Shown in pieces: positions 28,501 to 40,500 of a DNA stretch of 64,000 nucleotides. Position 1 is the first letter of the stretch. Every line of letters begins with the position of its first letter. The notes beneath the pieces are model-generated. The model worked only from the letters and a program-made list of their open reading frames with translations, had not been told where the DNA came from and did no database searches. The stretch is from Lingula anatina. Its lineage: Eukaryota; Animalia; Brachiopoda. The stretch lies in NCBI GenBank assembly GCA_051362555.1, contig CM120645.1, forward strand, positions 5,704,001 through 5,768,000, written 5' to 3'. The position numbers were made by a program, and so were the translations under genes.

Positions 28501-31500
28501 CATTATAAGCATCCGTGTATGATCTCAAATAGGAATACATTTTCAACTAATGACATTAAAATGGTTTAAACTGGGAATATCACAACCAAAATTTGCCCCT
28601 CAAGACCTGAGCTTTAAAAAGATTTTAATAATCTTAATGTGTGTGCAAATTTTTCTAGGGCTCTGACATGGAAGCTTACAATGATGATATGCCTGAATTG
28701 GAAAGTGACATGCATGATGATGATCTTTTCTTGCAGCTAGAAGAGATGTTCCCGCCTGGTAAGTTAGCCGTTGTTCTCCACATTTTTTGACAACTAGGCC
28801 GTAAGTTAACACATTGGAATAACACACTGGAATGTTAAAAAGAATTTTGGATTTTGCCTTGACACTGAGTGCATTTTTTATTTTGTTCTTGTTTGTTGTT
28901 TGGCATTGGTTTTATTTTCAGTTCTTGCTTTCATTTTGATTGAAAAAGGGATAGGTGCTTGGATAATGGAAAAAATTACATGGAAGAAGAAATACTAAAA
29001 TTATTGACGCAAGATTACTTACGATAGCATCTGCCTGATGGATCTCTTTTTGCTGACCAGCATTTTTTGAAACGTATTTAAAATTCATTTAATTTACAGG
29101 AAAATAAGTTTTTATCAACAATATTCATTTATTGCAGTACATCCACTTGGACTTTTTCCATCAACTAACATCTTATCCCTTTCCTTGGATTTAATGATTT
29201 TAATGAATATAAATACCACTGGGCTTGGGTTTCTGTAAATAAGTTTTGACAATTATACGAATGTTAACATACACAAAAGAAATGTAAAATTTTCTGCTTG
29301 ACATTTCGGCTAGCTTTCATTGTCCAGAAGATTTCAGCTCGACTCAGTACTTAGTAACAGTTTGCACAAATGAAGAGTGTTTTTTGTTTGGTTTCTTGAC
29401 TTTGCACTACTAAACATGGTGTAGTTGTTGATTGTTGACACTACACCATACCTGTCTGGTGCTACATCAAATGATTGCTAGGCTATTCCCTCCTGTACAG
29501 AACTTAGCCTGCCTGGAGATTATTCACTAGCGTACAAATAATTTTACATATTGATATTATCATGGGTTGTATGGGGAGTTGATTTGTACATTTTTTATGG
29601 GCATTTTTAGAGTGATTTTCGTGTGTTCACTCATGGTTATCGATTTATTTATAGGACAACACATAATACTTGGGGGAGACACTGTCGGCAGCAGAATTCG
29701 CACCTATCAACTTCCTGTCTCAGTACATGACCAAGACAATGGGAACGACAATGTTAACATGTGTAAGCTATTCACTCTCCAAAGTTTTTTTTCCTCCTGA
29801 AAGTTCTTGTAGGGAGAATCATATTTTAAAAATTTGTAGTAGTTATATCAAGCAAGTGTCTATATTGCATTGCTGTTACAATTAGCAATTTGTGTAGTCA
29901 TCATCAACATTTCATTGCTGAAATACAATTCAAATATGTAGGATGAATTTGATGATGTATGGTTATATATACTTGATCACTGATATAATTGGGGTACTAT
30001 TTCAGTCCCGTCTGTTCCGCCTGCACCCAGCAATGTAACCGCCATGCATCCTCTCCTGGTGCGTACAGCAGACATCCACGGAGCGGCAGGCTCGGTGGCA
30101 GCCCGCGTGCACAGGACAGGCCGCCAGAGAGGGACGTACAGGTACAACCCTAGTACACAGACACTGCATGTGCACTACCCAGGGAACTCCCTCAGGCAGC
30201 AGCCCAACCCCCCAGCAATACTTCAGAGGTAAGACACACCCACACACTGCTTGCTGGGGGGCACCTGTCCTGAGGCCTAAAACCTGTTATGGGAGGTCTA
30301 AAAACCTGGTTGGGGAGCACATCCTGAGGTCTAAAACATGGTTGGGAGGCACCTGTCCTGAAATCTTAAACCTAGTTGGGGGCACCTGTCCTGAAATCTT
30401 AAACCTAGTTGGGGGCACCTGTCCTGAAATCTTAAACCTAGTTGGGGGCACCTGTCCTGAAATCTTAAACCTAGTTGGGGGCACCTGTCCTGAGATCCAA
30501 GACTTGCTTGGGACACATAACTGGAAGGCCATAATGTCGTTGGTAGACACCTGTTCTAAAGGCCAAAACCTAGTTGGGGGCACCTAAGACCTGGTTGGGT
30601 GTACCTAAGACCTGGTTGGGTGTACCTAAGACCTGGTTGGGGGCACCTGTCCTGAAGTCTAAAACTTGGTTAGGGACACATAACTCTAGGGCCTTAATCT
30701 GGTTGGTAGACATCTGTTCAGAAGGCCAAGACCTGTTTGGGGGCACCTTTCCTGAAGTTTAAAACTTGGTTAGGGGGCACCTACTGTATCAAACAAATAT
30801 GGAATAGGGGCAATTGCTCTGAGCTCAAAATGTGGTTTAGGGTGCACTTCATTTGTTTTGTGGTTCAAGCCAGGTCGAGGTGGGGGACTTGCTCTGAGGT
30901 CCCTGGTTGACGAGCCCAATTATATTGGTTTTGGATAAAGGGTACTTGTTCTGGGGGTCTTTGTCACCTGCTCATGAGGCCAAACTCTGGGAAAGTGCAC
31001 TGCATGTCCAGGTATTTAAAAGTAAGACAAAATGTGGAGCTATTAATTTTTTCATTGACATAATGTTAAATGCTTGGATAAAAACCAAAAGCTTTTGATG
31101 GCATGTTGTGTGAAATACATCAGATATGCACACCTTAATGAGTGTGAATTTGTGTCTATATAATGATTAAAAAGCATGAACAAAGATTGATATTATTCAG
31201 CATATTTATCCAGTTTGGGAAATTTAAGAAATTTGATATTTCAACTTTCACATCAGTCTGTTAACATGCATCAGTATGAGACTTACATAACTTTGCAATC
31301 CGCCCTGCGTGTGACTGTTCAACCGACTGTACACTAATTAATTTCATTCATATGCTGTGTATGTTCTATTTGAGAAAAAAAACTTTCAAAACCTCGTCCC
31401 CTTCCCATTTTGCCACAGTTTTGGTTTGGCTTCTGTGTGAGATTGGGAACTAAAATCAAATTTACAAAGTTCAGTCTCTGTGCAGTGCAGGCTTTCAAGG

Positions 31501-34500
31501 GTTTGTTTACATCTAATTTTCACCTCTGAGTATGTATGGTATTTATGTCATCTACAGGTTGTTGGGTCCTTCCACTGCGGCTGATGTCCTGCAGCTGACT
31601 AATACACTGTCTCACAACACGGGCAGTGGACACGCGCGGATTGTGGTACGGGATGACGACTTCAGGGTCATGTCCAGAGATGATGACTTCTTCTTTGAGG
31701 AGATATTTCAGGTAGGAAGTGTTTTAGGAAAAAAATGCTATAATTTTATCATCTTTGTCATTTTGATAGAGGTCCACAAGCAGGTTTATCGTAAATGTTT
31801 GTGAAATTGGGGGTGAAAATCAAACTATGTTATTTATTTAACCAATCCCTGAGTTGTTATCTTTGAGTTTGTAATTGTGCACTACTAAACATGGTGTAGT
31901 TGTTGATTGTTGACACTACACCATACCTGTCTGGTGCTACATGAAATGATTGCTAGGCTATTCCCTCCTGTACAGAACTTGGCCTGCCTGGAGATTATTC
32001 ACTAGCAAACAAATGTAAAGATGATTCATTGGTCTGAATAAAAATTTCAATAAGACTGGACCTTTCTCCCATTGCCTTAAAATTAGAAGACCTTGACTTT
32101 GTGAAATGTCTATAATTATTATTATTATTTAGAATAATCATGTAACAGTTACATTTGAGATAAAATCAAACCGAAAACTCATGAAAACCAAAAGAAAAAA
32201 TTGCATGGTCACGTCGGATCACTTAATTCACATGTTCTGAAAAATCTACTGATCCAAACAAAATTTTACTGGCTGCAGGCATAGGACCAGTGGCTAATGT
32301 ATGCAGACTGCTTAATCCCTGCCTCATTTTGATACCTATTCCAGGACCCTTATATGGAGACTGGGGCCGGTTCCAGTGTGTTGACCAGTATCCCCTCAGC
32401 ACTGACCAGATGGACAGAGGAGTCCAGGGTGCTGGATGGGGACAGCATTAATGATTGTGTCACAGGTATGTTTGATTTATATGTTACCATTCATTGTAAA
32501 CAATTGTAATGTGTTTTGATGGTTGGTTTGAAAACAGAATTCTTGATGATTGGAAGGAATTTTTAACAATCTTTAGAAGTTTTGAAAAACCAGTATCACT
32601 TTGGTTATTGTAAAAAGTAAAAAAGTTGATGCAGATAACTAAAAATATAGTATATATGAAAGAGTAAAATGCTGGAATATATAAAGTGTTTGGAAATGCT
32701 GGCGAATAAAGTGTACTTGAAAAGTAAAGGAAAGAATTCCATTCAATTTATTCTTCTCTGCAGCATTGAAGCCAGACATAGTGTCCACCCTGGAGAAGTA
32801 CCGCGATGAGGAGCTGGCTGAGAGGAAGGAGAAGAGGAAGAAGGCGGCAGAGGAGGAGGCTGCCAAAAAAGATAAGGACAAACAGGAGAAGACTGGAAAG
32901 AAAGATGATGGGAATAAGACTATAGAATGGGGCTCCTCGCCCAGGTTTAGAGTGAGTGTTCATAGTACTTAGATTGAGGTAATATGTATATTTCTTTGGA
33001 AAGGTAGATTGAAGGCAGTACATCTTACAAGGCATCTAACAAGTATGAGCCCATCACGATTTTTGTTTGATTTTACAACAAAAGTGTTTTATTATTTTTC
33101 ATTGGTTAAATTAATTTTTATCAAGTGAAGATAATTCAAGAGAAACTTCATTATGTTTGTTAGAGTTTAGGAGTTATATGGTACTAGACTTAGGGTTATA
33201 GTTTTGTTTGTAAGCACTGGCTGATATAATGCCTTGTCTACCACCAGGGTCCACTGACAGCTACAGGCAGTTCCAGTAGCAGCAGTGCCACAGTGACCAC
33301 AGCTGCTTCCACTACGTCAACAGTTTCCAGTGATACTACACTAACACCCTTATCAACAGCATCAAATACAACATTGACAGCAGCAGCAGCAGCAACAACT
33401 GCAGCAAGTGTATCTTCTTCAACTGACAGCACACGGTCCACAGGAGGTAAAATACAGCAGATTTATATATCTTTTTAATGGGGATAAATGAAGGTTGTAC
33501 ACTGATTGTGCTACAGGTGCTTAAATTTGGCATATTTTTACAATATTGATGTACAGCTTGTTAAAAAGGAATTACTAGTTTAAAAGAAACAGAAATGCTA
33601 TAAAAATAAACAGTTTGTAAAACACTAAATAGGAAGATGTAAAAAGAAAGTTTATATTATATAACGGTAAAGATTAAAATAACATGTATTGATTTTTGAA
33701 ACCTGCAACCTGCATTTAAACATCATATTTCTCTCTCTTCACCAGAAACCTCCACAGCAGAAAGAATAGCCACTGCTATAGTGGAGGAAGTTCTAGGCTC
33801 CACTCTACCCACATCCTCTGCCTCGGTTCCCGCCATGACCTCTAGTACAGTAAACCCTCTAGGAGTCAGGATAGACAGCTCAGCAAGTATGTGAACCTTA
33901 ACAGATTGTGGACCACTTCATCCATTTCTTTGGTTATTGTTATCATGCTATTTTCTTGAAGCTTTTACAGTAATCTGTCACATAGTTTTCCACCTGACTT
34001 TTTTCTGCTGCCTGAGTCATTTACAAAACTGTAAACAAGATACCTTCTTTCGAATGGAAGCTAAGAGATACTAGATTTTGTAATCTTCAAAGAATATCAG
34101 TTGTTGTGGATGCAAAATGTCCATTTATCAAGGTTCATAATTTTTAGTTATTCCTAGAATGTGAACCCTTAAATATGTATAGAAGTACTACACACTGATG
34201 TAGCAAATTGGACTCCATGATGAATGATACTTAAGACAAGCATATGTCTGATCTTCTATGCCTACTGAAGTATGATTCTGAGAGCAGCACAGTGTTACTT
34301 ATGGGTAAAATCGATAGTACACAAAGCTTAATGAAATTTAGGAAACTATTAATATTCAAAATTAGTGAACGGAAAATATGGCCTTTACTTATCCCAAAAA
34401 TATACATTGTTCTCATTCTCAAGACTTGCCATTTCACCATTTATGCTGAGCATTGTACACATTTTGCATATAAAAATCTTGTCTATAAAATGGGTATTTT

Positions 34501-37500
34501 AATTCCAGGTTCTCCATTACTAACAACAGCCCAGGAGTATGCCAGCATCATGTCGGCCCCCCTGCCACAGATGATGCAAACCCCAGCTGTAGGGATGAGG
34601 TTGCCCATTGTTACACCAGGGGCGCCAGGACCACAGCAGAGGTATGGCTGCCCTTCTCAAAATTATTTCAAATTATATTGTATATTTTATGCTAGTCATT
34701 CCCTATTTGTATATGTAAAAGAGAAATGGTGATTATTATCTTACTGATATGCACGAAAAGGAGTAAATTTTGAGTAAGGGTGGGTTTTATGAAACTGGCA
34801 GTGGATAACATGGAGTGATCAGTATCTTTTTTTCCCCACTATCTTTAGGGTTGCGCCTGCAACTGACAACTACACCCCACGGGTGGCCCCCCTGATGGAG
34901 TCCCCCATGGACACTGTGATGCCCCCAGCAGAAAGCCTAGTCACAGCAGAACAGGCTAGAGCCAACAGACTAATCACAGAGCTTTTGAATGAGGGAGAGT
35001 CTGGCATCCAGAGACTAGATCGACTGACAGGACAGGTAACTCAGGGTGGAGGTAGCAGTAGTAGCAACAACAGCAGCAGCCAACCTTCTAGCCAGCAGAT
35101 ACAAGTTTCTCAGAGTATAAGCTCTGCTCTCCAGGCTCTGGGCAGTCTTGGAGCCAGAGTGGCCTCTGGTGGACAGATGACTACTTCTAATAGCAGTACA
35201 ACAGCATTGACTGTAGAGGGAGCTGTGAGTCAAGAAGGAACTGCCTCAACTGCAAGTTCTAGTGCCTCTTCTGCTACAAGGTGATATATAATTCTCTACA
35301 TGTGAGATTTTTTGTTACAATTTTCAAAAAAAAAAAAAGAAAGAAAGAAAAGGAGTCAATATTAAATAAGTTTAAGGGGAGACGACCGTCTACTTCTCTT
35401 GAAACCAGTGAATTAATGCTGCATTAAATTGTCAGCAACAGAAATCTGAAAGTTGATAGTAGTAATGTGGAGTAACTCATTTTACACCCTATATTTCAGT
35501 AGTGCCTCAGCAGCTCCTATAGCCTCAGCATTACTGGATGATGGGGCCAATTCATTGGGAAATAATGCTGACCAGGCTACAAACAATGGTAAGGAATCTT
35601 GGCATTGAGGATATTTCATTTGGGTTGATTTTATATTTCATGATTTAAATTTTAAGAAACAAGTCTAAAAAGGATGGCCATCAATCTTTAACAGGAAAAT
35701 TAATTATAGAAAAAGATACTGAATATATTCATATACATAGGTTTTATGGGTTTTCTGCCACATTTTACACTGATTTGTTCACTTTAAACTTACTTGATTT
35801 TCAGCATATAATTATTAGTCCTTCATTCACTATTTTCAGAGTCGGGTCTTCCCGATGGCGTAGATCCATCTTTTTTGGCAGCCCTGCCAGAGAATATACG
35901 TCAGGAAGTGATAGCAGAGCAGCTCCGCCTGCAGCGAATACAGCAGCGTGCCCGAGAACAATCCCAGCAGGCACAGGAGTCCGGAGTGATGGATGTGAGC
36001 CCCGAGTTCCTGGCTGCCCTGCCACCCAATATCCAGGAAGAGGTGAGTATGAACTCTGATATCAGGGTATGCTGTTGTAACTGTCACAGTCTCTGGCCTT
36101 TCTCTCTTTCTGCTCAATGGGGGACTTTGGCAAAAGCTTTTCCCCATAATTTTGCCAAGTGCTTGCTTTTAGTGTTCGTGCAAGTCTGCTCTATGTCTGA
36201 TTTAGAGAGTGGCAAAAAGATCAAAATCATAATAACAAAATAATCTTCACTTTGCTTGGGAGCCAAAATGTTATCTTTTTGTTATGTATAAATTCATTGA
36301 TTTTGTCACTTGTATCTTTTCAACAGATTTTCTTGTCATGTTTATACAGGTGCTAGCACAGCAGAGGGCAGAGCAGGCACGACTCTCAGCACAGGCAGCC
36401 AGAGAAAACCCAGAACAACCGGTAGATCCCGCTGGCTTCATATCCTCTCTACCTACATCTTTACGCCAGCAGGTCTTGGCGGATATGGATGACAGCATGG
36501 TGGCCGTGTTACCTGCAGAGCTGGCAGCTGAGGCCCAGGCGTTACGGCGGGAGCTGGAGGATCGCCATCGCCGCATCATGCAGGAGCGTCTCTTTTCTCA
36601 GGGTGCAGGATCTTTGTCAGCCATCTTGAGACATTCTGGTAAAGGATAGGGAGAGCTGCTTTGAATGAAATTAGCACAGTTTAACTTCTCAAGAGATTCT
36701 AAATGTGCAGATAATGTGTAGTTAATTGTGTAGTATCAGGATCCTACTTTGTACTTGGTGTGTCATACGGCAAAAATATAATATAGCTGATTTAAATAGA
36801 GTTACCTAATGGTGTGTGCTTAAATTTTAGGACTGGCAGGTCGTATAGGTGGGAGGTACCCTATCCAGTCCTCTCGCCCCAGGAACCAGTGGGCCTGGGT
36901 GGGTGGTGGACGGCACGGACAGGCCCTCCCCACCAGCTCTGGGAATGCCATCAAGCTTAGGGGGCGCCACCTCCTGGACCATGATGCTCTCACTTGTTTA
37001 CTAGTATTACTGTTTGTGGACGAGCCAAAACTGAACACAAGTAGACTTCACAGGGTGCTAAGGAATATGTGCTATCACCAGCCCACGCGGACTTGGACGG
37101 TCAGGGCACTGTTGTCCATATTGCAAAGGACACACGACTGCAGGATGGACACTGACGAGAGACAGAATGCTGTGGCAGGTAAATCTAGTGATAAATTGAA
37201 AAAGAAATCCAGCCAACAAAGTGGCACGTCGCTCAATGTAAGTGACTCTCCAGGCATTGTCCGGAGTGACTCTATGAGCAGGACTACACAGCCGTCTTGG
37301 CTTTCAATCAGTATGGACGCAGCCCTGGGCTGTCGTGCTAACGTCTTCCAAATCCAGCGATTGGGGAAGAAGCACAGTTCTGTTGGAAATGCTAGTGTTC
37401 ATATTCACCCTCAGGCAGCACCACTTGTGTGCCGACACGTGCTTGACACTCTTATCTCATTGGCTAAAAGTTTCCCAGCACATTTCTTACCTTCTAAGGC

Positions 37501-40500
37501 AAAAGAGGCATCTTGCGCCAAAGACAGTAGCAAGAGTAAAGAGCAGCAAGAGAAAGATGCCAACAGCAAGGAAGCACACACTAAAACTCCTGTTCAGAGT
37601 CTAAGCCAGAACAAACTAGAAAAAGATACAAAACAGGACTTGGATTTCTGGGAAATCTTAGTGAAGCTCGACAACCTCAGTGGCAGCAAGAAAGGGAAAG
37701 GGGTCACCAAGTCTCACTTAGCAGGCAGCATGGAAGGGGAGAAAGAGGAGACGTCTTTTGACTCGTCTCCAATAGGTCAGTTGATGACCATGTTGGCTCA
37801 CCCTGTGGTGAAGAGCCGGCAAGCATTAATGGATAGATTGTTGAGGTTGTTAGGTCTGGTAGCAGTGGGTCTGCCTGATATCACAGCACCTGCCACCACA
37901 GCAAGCTCAACTACAGCAACTTCTACAACCACCACTACTACTACAACCACAGTGGCATCTACAGCAGCAACTACAACAACAGTAGCAGCAACAACCACCA
38001 CCACAACAGCATCAGTAACAGCACCAGCAGTACCAGTAGTGGCCCCAGCAGTTGAAGTGCCTCCTATTGTGAGAGAAGGAGCCACGGAGCAGTTAGAACA
38101 ATCCACAGCGCTGGTGACAGATCTTAATGAAACCATGGATGTGTCCCATGCTCCAGGTGAGTTGTTTTCTTTCAAGTAATTTTAGTTTTTTTACAACTTG
38201 ATCAGCTTATGTTTTATGACAGGGGCTGTTTTCACAAAAGAACTTCAGATCAAAAGTTGGTATTAACTTGGGTAGATTTCTACATATTTGTTTTGATATT
38301 GTTCATTTTAAATGGCGCCTCTGGTCAACTTTCTGTCTGCACTGACTTGGCAGCACAGGTAGTATCAGGGTGCTATAGAAATATTGAAGGTCAGGCTTAG
38401 AAGGCAATGGTTTATACTGTCTTCTATCGGTAAACCTCAAGACAGGTACTGATAATTGATAGAGCTAGAGCTTATGCCAAGGAGACATATCACCAACAAG
38501 ACAAAGTGATTCTTAAGAAAATGTGCACACATGGTTTAAACTGTGGCACAGGAAGTTTGGCAGAATGAGGGTCATGTATTAAGATGGAATACAAGGTATT
38601 GATGGAAGTATGATTTTGCTGTACACTTCCTACTTCCATTTTGGTAGACTTGGAAGACCCAGGTGAACTACAGTGTGCTTACTTAACTTTTTCTTGCAGC
38701 TGAGCACATGACATCCACTCCATTACCAGGTCCCCAGGTTCACAAAGAAAAAGCAGTCACAAAACCAGAGGAAAAGAAGGAGGAGCCAGTGGAGCAGAAG
38801 GCGGAGCATCCTGTCTTAGAGGCACAGCTTCATTTGGCAGTGCAGGTGAGTGACAAAAGGGGTGGAGCCTCAATTAAGGAGGTTGAAAACTGGAATTTAC
38901 CGACAGTTCTTATGAGTTATTTTTTGAAAAGATTTTTAGTACACATTTGGAAAATTGAATGAAAGCATATCTGTTCTATGTACAACAAAGTTGCTTTGAA
39001 TTCTGTGATCAGAAAATGAAATAGTTGGCCTGTGATTTGTATCAGTTGTCTGTGACTGGTATATTTTACCATCTGATGAACACTTTTCCCGAAAATGAGG
39101 CTGACACAATTGCTAATAATTACAATCTCAGGTATGAACTGGGAGTCTTAAGAATACGCTGTAAGAGTGTCATTATCAGCTTAAGTCATATCTAGAAATC
39201 TTGCACAGGGAATAATATGTGGGAAGTTGGGATGTGTTGAATGCTTAACTTAAATTGTCTTCATATTTAGGATAAGACAAAAGGCATGTATAACTGGAAA
39301 AATATACACAAACTTCCAAGAAGAAATTTGTAGAAATAAGAAATTAAAAATAATTACTCAAAATTGTACAACTTTATCTTTCTTCTAGGTGCTAATATCC
39401 AAATCTTGCTCAGAGGAAGGATTGGAGGATGCGACTAACTTACTTCTGCAGCTGTCCAGGGCTAACAACGCCACCAGGGAGAAGGTGCTGCACTTACTGC
39501 TGGCTGGAGCCAGAGAGCTGGGGAGAACTGTCTGTGATCATATAAGGTAAGAACATTTATTGGACTTTTGGCACTGAAAATGATCAGTGTCATTGTCATT
39601 TATGTAGACATTTCATTGTCATTTATGTGGAGATACATGCGTGATATTTTTTATTCTCGGCATAAATTTAAAGAAAAAAACTCGCTTTTACTAAAAATAA
39701 TATCAGGAGTAAGAAAAAATATTGAAGATACAACTAGCCAATGATTAGAAAATGAGTTATTCCAAGAACTGCTTCATTGCTGTGTGATGAATATGTTTTC
39801 CCGAAAATGAGGCTAGTATATATATCTAACACAACTGGGTAGAGATGAGTCTGCGAATGCTTTTGTGTTCCTTCTGTGTTGCAGATACCAGAAACCCTTA
39901 AGTGTGATAATAAAAATGCCAAGGTTGTTTAAGTATCATTATCATGACAATATATATTTTAAATCACATTTCAGGACCCTGATGGATGAGCTAAAGGAGT
40001 TAAACTTGAAGGCAAGAGATACAGGAGAAGATGAGGAAGGTGGAGAGGCTGGAACCTCAGGGAAAGGAACGCCAAATGATAGGTGGGTGTTGTCTCTGTT
40101 GAAACTATTGAAAAAACTACAGGGCAATTCAACACTGCAGAGCTCTAAAAAAGGAAAAGGGCAATATGAGTTGCTTAAAACATATTAGAAGATACAGATT
40201 TAGTTGAAATTGCCAACATTTATTTCTGTTGTGAATAAGTGTCTTTTCATGACAAAAACGAACACATTTCTCATTGAAAAATGAAATGGAAGTGTGCTTT
40301 AACTGGATAGAGCGTTAGTTGTCTGAGCAAGTTGTCACAGTTGTCAGGCATCTGTCTTGTGGAAATTTGGCCTGATCCAACATAATTTCCTCAGTGTGAA
40401 TACACCTTTGAAAAAAGTACTAGCCAATGATTAGAAAATGAGTTGAGTTGTTCAGAGTATGGCTCCCTTGCCTTGTGATGAATGTGTTTTCCCGAAAATG

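Noticed and set aside
30168-30762. Repetitive ORFs and a CRISPR-like appearance
   Set aside because: Head-to-tail minisatellite without unique spacers in a eukaryotic intron.
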